From contig JBBCAV010000153.1 of NCBI GenBank assembly GCA_051382305.1, forward strand, positions 1 through 64,000: a stretch of DNA of 64,000 bases, in the 5' to 3' direction. Position 1 is the stretch's first letter. Every line of letters starts with the position of its first letter. This document shows positions 10,050-20,252 of the stretch, in pieces. Source of the DNA: Bdellovibrionota bacterium FG-2 (GTDB taxonomy: Bacteria > Bdellovibrionota > UBA1018). A program made the translations under genes and the position numbers. The notes beneath the pieces were generated by a model. That model saw only the letters and a program-made list of their open reading frames with translations. It was not told where the DNA came from and did not search any database.

Positions 10050-11441
10050 CTAAGCCCCCGCCAACCAATTCAATAGCGCCGCAAAAACCGGCCAGGTATT
10101 ATCCGGGTCAACCAACGGCAGCGAGCTATTGTTTCGGTAGTCGTCCCAAAACGTCCAGTCCAATTCGTCATTACCAGGTAAAGACTGAAGATGAGTCGCA
10201 ATCAATACCACCTTGCCACTCCCATAATTATAGCGAACCATCGCCGCCTGGCCTGCCGCAGAACCACCATAAGCATAGGTTCCAACCGTCGTGACATGCG
10301 AACCTTGTTGCGCATCGGTGGGAATCGTCCCAAAATCGCCGATGACGCTATCCCCACTCACATTAATCGGAGTCAGGCCATAATCCGGCCAAGGGATAAT
10401 ATCGTTAATCGGCCCCGTCACGACTCCTTTATAGATCCCAAGCGGAAACGGAATATTTTGCCCGTCCAATTTAATCGTCGATGCCGCATAAAAAGAACCT
10501 GCGCAATCACCCCAATATGCCCCTCCCGAACTCATGAAGTTTCGAATCTTCGATTCTTGCCCCGCAAGCCCTGTCTTCAGTCCGTAGGCATAGCCACCAT
10601 CAAAAAAGGCGACCTGAAAATTGGCTAACGTCAAGCGCCCAGCCGCAATCTCTTGAAAACGAATCGCCAGAGGAATATTCCCACTAAACTCAATGGCGCG
10701 CCCTACCGCCGGCAATAAGGGAGGCGCGATTCCGCCATCCGTCGTGTGAGTCGCCACCACCGCGACACGTGCTCCCGTGGGATTAGGTGTTTCCGTCATC
10801 GCGGGCGCCGACGCATCACCGTTATATGCAAAACCAATCATGCGCCCGAGTAACCTCCAGGCCCCTATCGAATTCGCGTGAACGCCACCCATCATCAAAT
10901 TGTCCCAAATCGTCCAATCCAGGCCACTATCGCCACGCAACGAGAGTTCAAACGCTCCCAAAACCACGCGTCCCGCATTATATGAAGCACGCACAATCAC
11001 TGGCCGGTTTGACGTATCCCGTGCGACAACAGTCGCATTTGATGCCACATTAAAATATCCGCCACCACTATTGAGGTAAGCCCGAATCGCGTTCATCGCC
11101 GCAATACTCCCTAGCGAATTCGCATTGTCCGCGTAATGTCCACTGCAGCAGCGTTGGCCGCCCTCACCTGCAGGCAAAATAAAAACATCAAAATTGGCTT
11201 TCGTAAGGCGGTTATTCAGGACATCCGAATGCGTAATTCCTAATGGCGTATGGCCCATCGCCTGCACTGCTCTAAATAGCGAAAGAATTTTATCCGAATC
11301 CGCCCCGATATCGTTGAAGATCGCAATCCGCAAACCGGTTGCCGAATACGAGCTCGTCGCGGTTGAGATAGCTAAAATCAAAAATGTGGCTCCGAGACCT
11401 ACAAATCTTAGCGCGGAGCGAACCAATTTAAGAGAGTGCAT
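10050..11441 (-). CDS. Secreted protein with tandem BPL_N (class I glutamine-amidotransferase-like) domains; internal in-frame deletions likely
   Basis: Two repeats each ending in a LDWTxWD motif. Repeat 2 has SGGAYWGDCAGSFYA; repeat 1 jumps from SGGGY to FNVA and lacks that block. Confidence 0.65.
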   Translation of the reverse strand: MHSLKLVRSALRFVGLGATFLILAISTATSSYSATGLRIAIFNDIGADSDKILSLFRAVQAMGHTPLGITHSDVLNNRLTKANFDVFILPAGEGGQRCCSGHYADNANSLGSIAAMNAIRAYLNSGGGYFNVASNATVVARDTSNRPVIVRASYNAGRVVLGAFELSLRGDSGLDWTIWDNLMMGGVHANSIGAWRLLGRMIGFAYNGDASAPAMTETPNPTGARVAVVATHTTDGGIAPPLLPAVGRAIEFSGNIPLAIRFQEIAAGRLTLANFQVAFFDGGYAYGLKTGLAGQESKIRNFMSSGGAYWGDCAGSFYAASTIKLDGQNIPFPLGIYKGVVTGPINDIIPWPDYGLTPINVSGDSVIGDFGTIPTDAQQGSHVTTVGTYAYGGSAAGQAAMVRYNYGSGKVVLIATHLQSLPGNDELDWTFWDDYRNNSSLPLVDPDNTWPVFAALLNWLAGA

Positions 11442-11541
11442 ACAGAGACCTTCTTTCCAGAACCCCCTTTTGCACACGCTATGCCATGTCGCATTACTTT
11501 ATGATCTTTGTAAAACTTAATTCGTATGGTATTTCACGGCT

Positions 11542-12114
11542 GTGATACGCAAGCCCGTCCTTATAACTGGAGGAGATCGAAGTTCGCAGCCTAGATATCT
11601 GTGACCCTCGCAACCCTGTTTCTGGAGTGAACTACATCAAAGGAGATGTCCGCGACCCAGTGGCCCTTGCGTGTGCGGCTGCTGGGGTCGAGGCCAGGAT
11701 CCTCTTTCGCCTTATTCAGGCGTTATCAGTATTTTCTCCCGATTGAGTCGCGATCACATCCCCCTTCAAATTCACGGAGGAGGGACACAAACGCGTGATT
11801 TCATCTCCGTCCACGATATCGTAGCCGCCTGTTTTTTGGCCCTTCCACCCACGACCGTTTCAGCAGAGGCGATCAATCTAGGAACAGGTAAAGCCACCTC
11901 CATTCGGCAATTAGCGGAACAAATCTCAGGCATTTCCAGAGGAACCCCTTCTCTCGTCGCAACACCCTCCCGCGCTGCTGATGTATTACATTCACTTGCT
12001 GATATTTCTCAGGCGGAGCGTATCCTTGGTTGGAAACCTCGGGTCACACTCGTAATGGGTTTGAAGGAGCTTCTTTCAGAAATTCCACCAAACGCACCGG
12101 ACCCCAAAAAATAA
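11542..12114 (+). pseudogene. NAD-dependent epimerase/dehydratase remnant
   Basis: GTG 11542 gives VLITGG, then a break; IKGDVRD in another frame; C-terminal GQDPLSPYSGVISIF...QTRDFISVHD...NLGTG...LGWKP. The YxxxK core is absent. Confidence 0.8.
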
Positions 12115-12150
12115 TTTATTTATTGCACAGGCTTCGGCTATATTCTCCCA

Positions 12151-13176
12151 ATGCCATTGCCTCACACGACAGTTCACGGACGCGTTCTGCTTCTTACCCC
12201 TTCTTTTGAAACTGAGGGGCTCCTTACGGAGCTTCGAGCCAGGGGCCAGTGGGAGCCATTTGTGCTACCTTCACCCCCGGCGCTTTGGGGCTTACTTAAG
12301 TTCATTCATGCCCACAAAATCAATATCATTCACTCCCATGGCAAGGGCACCCTGTTTTACGCGGTTTTAACAAAAATTCTCACATTTGGTCGTATTCGCA
12401 TTGTTCATTCCCAGCCGAACTTCGCTCCTCTGAGCTTTCTTGTGCGCTTTGTTGACGTTCTAGCCGTCGCTAGCGAAAGCCTGCAGGCGCCCTATGAGGC
12501 ACTAGGTGTTGCCCAACCCAAGCTCAGAGTGATTAACAATGGCGTTGTTTTTCCAAAGCAGCCCGTTGTCACTTTTGATGAAAAAATACAGCTCCGCCGT
12601 GAAATTCTAGCCCAGCTTTCCTCGGGGGATAAGATTATTCCACCCCGAGCCCCTTTTCCCGTTTTTGCAACTAAAGATCACTGGATCCTTGACCTTGCCC
12701 CCTTGCACACACTTGAGGATCAAAAGAAGGCAGCCGAACTGTGGAGTGGGCTAAACCCGGTGATTCGAAAAGCCTCATTACTATGGATCTTCAAGGCCGA
12801 GCCGAGTAGCGACTTATTGAAAGCCTTTGAATCCGTTCCCAATCGAGATCGAGTGGTTTTCATCCGTAAGCACAATGAGGGGGCACTGACCCGGCAACTT
12901 TGGCTCAGAGCTTCGGACTTAGCCCTCACCATGGAGCCCCATGAAGCCTTAGGTTCTGGCCTCGCCGCAGTAGTGTCTTCTGATGTTCGCCAGAACGCGG
13001 CTGCGATTGAAGCGGCCCTCACCGCGCCAGGATACCGGACCCCTCTTTATTACTATCACCTCTGGCGGGCAAATCGGGGCGTGCGACAAGATTTTTCACT
13101 CATGGGCATGGTTGAAAAGTATGGCAAGGCATACGAGGATTCTTTGGCGACTTCTCAGCAGGCATCAAATAACTGA
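12151..13176 (+). CDS. Divergent GT4-like glycosyltransferase
   Basis: IIHSH, AVASES, VINNGV, EALGSGL and FSLMGMVEKY resemble a GT-B family 4 fold; appears shortened. Confidence 0.6.
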   Translation: MPLPHTTVHGRVLLLTPSFETEGLLTELRARGQWEPFVLPSPPALWGLLKFIHAHKINIIHSHGKGTLFYAVLTKILTFGRIRIVHSQPNFAPLSFLVRFVDVLAVASESLQAPYEALGVAQPKLRVINNGVVFPKQPVVTFDEKIQLRREILAQLSSGDKIIPPRAPFPVFATKDHWILDLAPLHTLEDQKKAAELWSGLNPVIRKASLLWIFKAEPSSDLLKAFESVPNRDRVVFIRKHNEGALTRQLWLRASDLALTMEPHEALGSGLAAVVSSDVRQNAAAIEAALTAPGYRTPLYYYHLWRANRGVRQDFSLMGMVEKYGKAYEDSLATSQQASNN

Positions 13177-13559
13177 AACACGAAGATGGATTGAATTTGA
13201 TTTTGCTCTAGCTGATCCAAACTCACAGTGCAATAATCCTCATTTTCGACCACGATCTTGGTTTCACGTTTTTGTGCATCAAAAGTCGCAGCAATAACCT
13301 GGCAAGCAGAACCCGTCGTGCGCACCACAAAATCCCGCCCCAAAGCGCCAGGAACTGAAAAACTAATCGCGCGGTAAACGATGTCATCGCAACGCATGGG
13401 CAGAGCGAGCTCGCGACCGCCGTCACGTCTCCAATCAATACGCTGATGCGCATATATGCCGTTTTCCGGGTTTTTTGGAGTCGCGCCAAAGGCGCTGCCA
13501 ACTATTGATTGAAAAGCGACAAGACCCAGAGCCAATACAGAAATTTTTTGTGGTTTCAT
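13155..13559 (-). CDS. Small secreted hypothetical protein
   Basis: Signal peptide ending SAFG; 134 aa; 4 Cys. Confidence 0.55.
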   Translation of the reverse strand: MKPQKISVLALGLVAFQSIVGSAFGATPKNPENGIYAHQRIDWRRDGGRELALPMRCDDIVYRAISFSVPGALGRDFVVRTTGSACQVIAATFDAQKRETKIVVENEDYCTVSLDQLEQNQIQSIFVFQLFDAC

Positions 13560-13655
13560 CAGGCCCCAACCTACGCCACCGGCCCGCGAAGGTGAAATGC
13601 ATAGATGTAAAGTTATTATACCTAATGTGCATGATGCCGAAAACCGCGATCGGAT

Positions 13656-15536
13656 CTAGTGCCCCATCGTGCTTTCAATGAGAATCAAGATAATCCCGAT
13701 AATCGAGCCCCCGGCAATTACCCCGGCGGCCAGCGTTTCTTGGTTGGCCACAAAAGCTCTAAAGCCAAAGCTCGATTTTTCCTTGAATTTGAGGCGGCAA
13801 ATCCAAAAGAACAGCGTCCCGACCGCCATGAGCCAGGCGTCGGAAAATCTCAAAACAAAGCCCAATCCCATCCCCACTCCCGAAATAGGCCATTTGCCAC
13901 GAGTGCGTTTATTTAAAATCTCGAACACTATACCAAGAATCGCACCCACAAGCGCCGCCACTTGCGCAGTGGGGTGAAGCGCGCCCAATCCCTTCGTGAG
14001 CACCTCCGCAACGCCTTTCCAAATCGAAGCCCCCGGGAGCGGGAGCGCATCTGAAGTAAAACGTGAAATATCGCCCCCGAATATTTGATAAAACACGGGA
14101 ACGGCGACCAGGCCCCCTGCAAAAATTCCGAGGACATGGCCGATCGCTTGATGCCGAGGTTTGCCGCCCAAGAGGTACCCCGGTTTGATATCCATCAATA
14201 AATTGCTCGCATTGAGCGCCACTTCGGAGGTGATTCCGGCGGTCATCAAATTGGTCGAAATGTTCCCAGGCGCCAACACGCTGTAGGTGATCTGCGTGAG
14301 TTTGCCCAACGCCCCACCCGGCGTAATCGCCGTCAAGCCCGTCGAAGTCACTGCAATAAGGGTGAACACAAAAACCAGCGGAATCGCAAGCAGCCCCAGC
14401 CACCAATGAATGCCGAACCACGCATGCCCCATCCAAACCGTGATCGCGCCCATGATAGGGATACCGACCACAAAAATCCACATCGGCAGCTCGATGTCTT
14501 TGAGGGGGTCGACTTTGAGGTCGGCTTTTTTGGCAAACGGCTTCTTGAAGGCATCAATCAACATCTGAGGCTTTGAGAAAAATGCATAGAGAGAGGACGT
14601 CGTCATCATCGAAGCGCCCAGCCATAACGACCACATCGTAATCGCCTTGAACTTCGCCTCCGGAATCACCCCCGCATTGATCATAATCGGCGCCAACACA
14701 AAATAGTTCAGCCCGCCACCCAAGAGGATCGACATCGCAGTCTTCATGCTCATCAGCCCGCCCGTGCCCACCATCACAATCGAAGTCTCCCATTGGATGG
14801 TCAACGCTTTGAGGGGAATTCCCCCAATCGCCGGCGTGAAAAACCGATACACAAAATCATCCCAATACTGGGGCAGCGCCAGCGCTTTAAGCCTCAGGGC
14901 GCCCATCACCGTCGAATTGCGCCAAGTCTCTAAAAGTGCAGAAAAGAACATCCCCATAAAAAGTAGTTTTGCCTTAAACACCCCCTCTTTGCCCCCGTGA
15001 TCGGAGTGCAAATTGTCCAGCACAACTCCCGAAGCATAGCCCTCAGGAAACGGCAGCTGCTCATCGTTGATAAATCTCTTCTTAAGGGGGAACGCAAACA
15101 AGACGCCGAGCAATGAGAGCACGATGATCCACCAAAACGTCTGCCACATGGGAACTACCGTGTGGGTGACCATCATGTACGCGGGCATTGAGGCCATCAT
15201 GGGCGCGGTCATGTAGCCCGCGCTCGTGGCGATGGATTGCATGGCGTTATTTTCGAGGATCGACATTTCCTTTCCCAATTTGAGCCGAGACAGAACCCGA
15301 AAAATAGCAAAGGACAAAATCACGGAGGAAATTCCTACGCCTAATGTCCAACCCGTTTTAATCCCTACATAGAGGTTGGTGAGACTCAAAACTCCGCCTA
15401 AAAGCATCCCCGTAATAGCGGATCTAAAATTGAGTTGCGGCATATCGCGCTTATAAACGGTCTTAAGCCACCACTGATCTTTTTGCTCAAGAGTCATCGT
15501 TCGGATTTGTTCGGGGGTCAGTTCGTGTATTGCCAT
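13656..15536 (-). CDS. OPT-family oligopeptide transporter
   Basis: NLYVGIKTG, ENNAMQSIATSAG, LPFPEG, LMDIKPGYLLG; many TM helices. Confidence 0.93.
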   Translation of the reverse strand: MAIHELTPEQIRTMTLEQKDQWWLKTVYKRDMPQLNFRSAITGMLLGGVLSLTNLYVGIKTGWTLGVGISSVILSFAIFRVLSRLKLGKEMSILENNAMQSIATSAGYMTAPMMASMPAYMMVTHTVVPMWQTFWWIIVLSLLGVLFAFPLKKRFINDEQLPFPEGYASGVVLDNLHSDHGGKEGVFKAKLLFMGMFFSALLETWRNSTVMGALRLKALALPQYWDDFVYRFFTPAIGGIPLKALTIQWETSIVMVGTGGLMSMKTAMSILLGGGLNYFVLAPIMINAGVIPEAKFKAITMWSLWLGASMMTTSSLYAFFSKPQMLIDAFKKPFAKKADLKVDPLKDIELPMWIFVVGIPIMGAITVWMGHAWFGIHWWLGLLAIPLVFVFTLIAVTSTGLTAITPGGALGKLTQITYSVLAPGNISTNLMTAGITSEVALNASNLLMDIKPGYLLGGKPRHQAIGHVLGIFAGGLVAVPVFYQIFGGDISRFTSDALPLPGASIWKGVAEVLTKGLGALHPTAQVAALVGAILGIVFEILNKRTRGKWPISGVGMGLGFVLRFSDAWLMAVGTLFFWICRLKFKEKSSFGFRAFVANQETLAAGVIAGGSIIGIILILIESTMGH

Positions 15537-15621
15537 AGGGATGTTCTACAATAGCCGCTCCTTTTTGTCACAATTCCTCCTATCTTCTCTCGCCGCGCTT
15601 TGTTATTACCTTCCCCTCACT

Positions 15622-17250
15622 ATGATTCACTTTACCAACGTCACCAAGCAGTATGGTCACCATGTTTTATATCGAGAAGGCAGCTTTCAAGTGCGCCCCA
15701 ACGATCGCATTGGGTTGGTCGGCCCCAATGGCGCCGGCAAAACCACAGTTTTTCGCCTCATTACGGGCGAGGAGAAGGCCGACGCCGGGGGCATTACGTT
15801 TTCAGATAAGCTCGTGATTGGCTATTTCTCCCAAGACGTGGGCGAAATGTCTGGCCGCTCGGCACTCGAAGAAGTGAAAGCGGGCGCAGGGCGGATTTCG
15901 GCGTTGGCGGAGCGGATTTCGACGATGGAAAAGCGGCTGGAACTTTCGGCCGTGAAACCACTGTCTGATGACCAAATGGAGAAGCTCCTTGAAGACTATG
16001 GCGACGCCCAGCTTGAGTTTGAGCAACGAGGCGGCTACGACCTCGACTCTCGTGCCAAAGCCGTTCTAACCGGACTCGGAATTGGTCCTGACGACTACGA
16101 CCGCCCTGTCGAGACTTTCAGCGGTGGTTGGAAAATGCGTATTGCGCTGGCCCGCATTTTGGCACTCAACCCCGATCTTTTACTCATGGACGAGCCGACC
16201 AACCATTTGGACATCGAAAGCATTGTCTGGCTTGAAGAGTGGCTTGCGAGTTTCAAAGGCGCGCTTGTGATGACATGCCATGATCGCGATTTTATGAATC
16301 GTCTCGTGACAAGAATTGTGGAAGTCGCCAACAAGGCCATCACTTCTTACACCGGCAATTATGATTTTTATGAGCGCGAGCGGGACATTCGCAAAGACCA
16401 GCTCCTGGCCTCTCAGAGAAAACAACAAGACATGCTGGCTAAAGAAGAGGAATTTATTGCGCGCTTCGCGGCTCGGGCCTCCCATGCAGCGCAAGTGCAG
16501 TCGCGAGTGAAGAAGCTTGAGAAGATTGACCGCATCGAGATCCCGGCGGCGGAGAAGACCGTAAATTTTGAATTTCCCACGCCTCCTCGCAGCGGCAATG
16601 ACGTTGTGAAACTTGACGGGATTGCTAAATCTTGGCCGCTGCCTGATGGCCGGGTGAAACCGGTTTTTCACGGAGTTTCTGGCCGGGTGACCCGGCTGGA
16701 TCGTATCGCGGTCGTCGGCGTTAACGGCGCGGGCAAATCCACACTGCTCAAATGCATCGCCGGAATGACAGAGCCCACGGAAGGCCATGTCACCATTGGC
16801 GCGAACGTCAATATTGGCTATTTTAGCCAGAATTCTTTAGACGTCTTGAATCCGGAAAAATCGGTTTTCGATGAAATTCACGACCGGATTCCTGATTCAA
16901 CCTTAGGCTACGTTCGTAATCTCTTAGGTGCTTTTTTGTTTGGCGGCGATGACGTGTATAAGAAGATCTCGGTGCTTTCGGGCGGCGAAAAAAGCCGTCT
17001 CGTGTTGGCAACGATTTTGGCCACTCCCGTGAATTTTTTGATTTTGGACGAGCCTACTAATCATCTGGACATCAAAACCCGGGAAATTCTCCTGCAAGCC
17101 ATCCAAAATTTTGATGGGACCGTCATGATCGTTAGCCATGATCGACACTTTTTGCGGCACGTCGCCCGCAGTGTTGTGGAAGTCGACCACGGGGAGCTGC
17201 GCGTGTACGAAGGCGGCTACGAGTATTATCTCACAAAAAAGGGACACTGA
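15622..17250 (+). CDS. ABC-F family ATP-binding protein
   Basis: Two ABC domains (GPNGAGKT/FSGGW/DEPTNHLD and GVNGAGKS/LSGGE/DEPTNHLD) with linker and no TM; start refined to ATG 15622. Confidence 0.95.
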   Translation: MIHFTNVTKQYGHHVLYREGSFQVRPNDRIGLVGPNGAGKTTVFRLITGEEKADAGGITFSDKLVIGYFSQDVGEMSGRSALEEVKAGAGRISALAERISTMEKRLELSAVKPLSDDQMEKLLEDYGDAQLEFEQRGGYDLDSRAKAVLTGLGIGPDDYDRPVETFSGGWKMRIALARILALNPDLLLMDEPTNHLDIESIVWLEEWLASFKGALVMTCHDRDFMNRLVTRIVEVANKAITSYTGNYDFYERERDIRKDQLLASQRKQQDMLAKEEEFIARFAARASHAAQVQSRVKKLEKIDRIEIPAAEKTVNFEFPTPPRSGNDVVKLDGIAKSWPLPDGRVKPVFHGVSGRVTRLDRIAVVGVNGAGKSTLLKCIAGMTEPTEGHVTIGANVNIGYFSQNSLDVLNPEKSVFDEIHDRIPDSTLGYVRNLLGAFLFGGDDVYKKISVLSGGEKSRLVLATILATPVNFLILDEPTNHLDIKTREILLQAIQNFDGTVMIVSHDRHFLRHVARSVVEVDHGELRVYEGGYEYYLTKKGH

Positions 17251-17257
17251 GGCGTCC

Positions 17258-17920
17258 GTGAGTGAGCTCGTCTTCGACTCCCATGACCCCTTTCCCCTGT
17301 TTCCACTTGACCATCACGCCTACGCCGACGCGCAAATTCATTCAGAGCAGGTCGATGCTTGGCTTGGATTTGAAACTTCGCCTGTTGAATCGGGGCTTGC
17401 ATCCCCGAGCCTTGATCAGCAGTTTTGGCAGCATCTGCCTCCGCGATCCTTTCAGACGCCCTACACGGAGATAAGGCAAATCCTTCACGTCTTGGATCCA
17501 AAACCTGGCAGCACTTTGATTGATCTGGGCGCGGGTTATGGCCGAATGGCCTTTGTTGTAAGCCGGCACTACCCAGAAGTGCGTTTCATAGGATATGAAG
17601 CCGTGGAGGCGCGCGTTCGCGAAAGCCAGCGAGTTTTAGAACAATGGCCAGTTTTAAACGCCCAAATGGTTTGTGTGGATCTTTCGCGGCCAGAGTTTGT
17701 TTTACCATTTGCGGAGAACTATTTTGTTTTTGATTTCGGCTCTCGGCAGGACGTTTCCAAGACTCTGGACGATCTTAAGCAACTCTCGGCACGCGGCATG
17801 CTTTCGGTGGTCGCGCGCGGGCGTTTGAGCCGTCATCTCATTGACCAAGAGCATCCCTGGCTTGCACAAGTGGTTCCACCTCGGCATTTTGCGCAGTTTT
17901 CGATTTATGCGAGCGCTTGA
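17258..17920 (+). CDS. Class I SAM-dependent methyltransferase (DOT1-like)
   Basis: TPYTEI, IDLGAGYGR motif I, GYE, FVFDFG; GTG start 7 bp after the ABC-F stop. Confidence 0.75.
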   Translation: MSELVFDSHDPFPLFPLDHHAYADAQIHSEQVDAWLGFETSPVESGLASPSLDQQFWQHLPPRSFQTPYTEIRQILHVLDPKPGSTLIDLGAGYGRMAFVVSRHYPEVRFIGYEAVEARVRESQRVLEQWPVLNAQMVCVDLSRPEFVLPFAENYFVFDFGSRQDVSKTLDDLKQLSARGMLSVVARGRLSRHLIDQEHPWLAQVVPPRHFAQFSIYASA

Positions 17921-17938
17921 ATTAGTTCGCGCGCGACG

Positions 17939-17998
17939 CTAGTTAATTTTCGGGTTTGTTCGGGTTTTGATTTCCTAACAAACCCGAAAATTCACTAG
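17939..17998. repeat. Long inverted repeat (16-bp perfect stem) upstream of rnr
   Basis: AATTTTCGGGTTTGTT (17945-17960) / AACAAACCCGAAAATT (17977-17992), extended by CTAGT/ACTAG. Confidence 0.85.
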
Positions 17999-18062
17999 GG
18001 TCTTTCAGCCTGCCCGTCTCAGTCATTGCCATGTCCTCCATATATGCGCTACATTGAGCGCT

Positions 18063-20252
18063 ATGAAGCGACAGAAGAAACAAGAAGACCGACCTGCAAA
18101 CAGTGGACATTTTGTTGACCGAAGTGGTCGCGTGCACGGCAAAAAAGGAAGCGTGGCTCCCGCCACGCCTGCAAGCTCCCATAACCCTGCGCATAAAAAT
18201 GCACCAAAGGGCACGCCTTCAGGCGCGCGCACCGCGCGCACCGCGCGTCCCAACACGCACAAGATCGTGCTAAACCGCCCAGAAAAACAACCTCCCAAGG
18301 AAATTTCCGCACCTCGTGAGACACGCCTCCGAGGCACAGTGGAGAAGAATCGCAAGGGTTTTGGATTTGTGATTTTCGAAGGACAAAGAAGAGAAGACGC
18401 CTTTGTCCCGCCGCGAGATGCGGCAAAATTGTTTCAGGGTGATCGGGTGGAGGTCACCCTCAATCAGCGCGGGGTCGTGGTTGATCTTAAAGTCTTGGAG
18501 CATCGTTTTCGCGAGCTGGTGGGCCGCTACTCTCCCATGCCAACGCAGGGCAAACACCCCCGTGGGGGCTTTGTCGTCTATGAACGCAAACGCTCACGCG
18601 AAGAAGTTTTTGTGCCAGAGAAGTCTGCGGTTCCCAAAGACGGTAAAGCGATGATCCCTGGCGACTGGGTGCGCGCCAAACTGTATTTTCATGAAAAGGG
18701 CCCCTTCCCTGTCACCGCCGAAATCACCCAAAACTATGGCAGTGTCCTGCCCGCCAGCGCCGATATCGAAATGGTCGCCGCCGAATACAATTTAACCGAA
18801 GAACATACCGCCGCGGCGGTACGCGAGGCAAAAGAATTCAAGCTTGATTTCCAGCAGGTTCTCGCCTCAGGACGCGAAGATCTGCGCAAAGTGCCCTTTA
18901 TTACCATTGACGGCGAAACGGCGCGAGACTTTGATGATGCCGTTTTTGTTGAGCGCAACAAATCAGGGTATAGACTCTGGGTCGCTATCGCCGACGTCAG
19001 CCATTACGTTCGCCCAGGCACGGCACTTGATAAAGAAGCGCTCTCCCGAGGGACGAGTGTCTATTTTCCAGAACGCGCTTTTCACATGCTCCCCGGAGCC
19101 TTGTCTGAAAACTTGTGCAGTCTCAAACCTAAAGAGCCCCGTCTAGCTTTTGTCGCCAAGATGGAATTCGATCGTAATGGGGTGAGGGAAAACACGCAAC
19201 TCATCGAGGCCGTCATTGAGAGCCACCGGCGTGCCACCTACACCGAGATTCAAAACGAATGGCAAGCACAGAAGAGGAACGCGAGCTGGGAATTTGTGCC
19301 TCATTTTGAGCTATTTCGGGCGATTCAAAAGACCCGCACCGCCCGAGGTTCGATCGATTTTGATTTACCTGAGGCGCAGGTGCGCGTCGATGATACCGGC
19401 GAACCGATTTCAATTACGCTGGCAGAACGTTTCGATTCTCATCGTTTAATTGAAGAATTCATGATCGCGGCCAACGAGGCCGTAACCGAATGGATGATGC
19501 AACGGAAATGGCCGTTTATTTATCGCACGCATGATGAGCCCGCGGCGGAGGCCTTGCTCAAGTTTTCGAAACTTGCCGCAACCGCAGGCGTGAAGTTTTC
19601 ATTAAAAGGCGATAATCTCAATCAGGCGCTCGCAGATCTAGTCCGCCGGTTGGACAAGCATCCGGCCCAATCCCTTCTGAACACGGCTCTTTTGCGTTCC
19701 CTAAAACGCGCCATTTACAGTGCGATTCATGGTATCCACTTCGGTCTCGCCTCTCCTGGTTATACTCATTTTACGAGTCCGATTAGGCGATATCCTGATC
19801 TGGTGGTGCATCGGCTCCTGCGCCATGCTCTGCAAATCGAAAAACGCAAACTTCCCTCGCTCAAAATGAACGAGCGAGACGCAATGGAAAAGTTGTTGGA
19901 TGAAACCGCCGAGCATTGCAGTTATCGCGAGCGGGTCGCGACCCTTGCGGATCGCGAAGCGACGAGGCTAAAACAAGTGCGTCTGATGATGCATCATTTG
20001 GGTGAGGAGTTTGCGGGCAAAATCATTGGCATGGCGGAAATCGGGATGTTTGTCCAAATTGATGCGCCTTACGTCGAGGGTCTTGTGACCGCAGAGTCCA
20101 TCGGCGATGACTTTTACCAATTCAACGAAGAGCGCATGATCTTCTCTGGGACGCGCAAGAAGAGAACTTTTCGCATGGGCGATCCGGTGCGCGTACGCGT
20201 GACTCGGGCAGATCTGGATGAGCGAAAAATCGATTTTCAGTTTATTGAGTAG
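18063..20252 (+). CDS. rnr: Ribonuclease R
   Basis: Cold-shock domains (GFGFV), RNB motif TIDGETARDFDDA, IADVSHYV, HFTSPIRRYPDL, C-terminal S1 domain. Confidence 0.95.
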   Translation: MKRQKKQEDRPANSGHFVDRSGRVHGKKGSVAPATPASSHNPAHKNAPKGTPSGARTARTARPNTHKIVLNRPEKQPPKEISAPRETRLRGTVEKNRKGFGFVIFEGQRREDAFVPPRDAAKLFQGDRVEVTLNQRGVVVDLKVLEHRFRELVGRYSPMPTQGKHPRGGFVVYERKRSREEVFVPEKSAVPKDGKAMIPGDWVRAKLYFHEKGPFPVTAEITQNYGSVLPASADIEMVAAEYNLTEEHTAAAVREAKEFKLDFQQVLASGREDLRKVPFITIDGETARDFDDAVFVERNKSGYRLWVAIADVSHYVRPGTALDKEALSRGTSVYFPERAFHMLPGALSENLCSLKPKEPRLAFVAKMEFDRNGVRENTQLIEAVIESHRRATYTEIQNEWQAQKRNASWEFVPHFELFRAIQKTRTARGSIDFDLPEAQVRVDDTGEPISITLAERFDSHRLIEEFMIAANEAVTEWMMQRKWPFIYRTHDEPAAEALLKFSKLAATAGVKFSLKGDNLNQALADLVRRLDKHPAQSLLNTALLRSLKRAIYSAIHGIHFGLASPGYTHFTSPIRRYPDLVVHRLLRHALQIEKRKLPSLKMNERDAMEKLLDETAEHCSYRERVATLADREATRLKQVRLMMHHLGEEFAGKIIGMAEIGMFVQIDAPYVEGLVTAESIGDDFYQFNEERMIFSGTRKKRTFRMGDPVRVRVTRADLDERKIDFQFIE

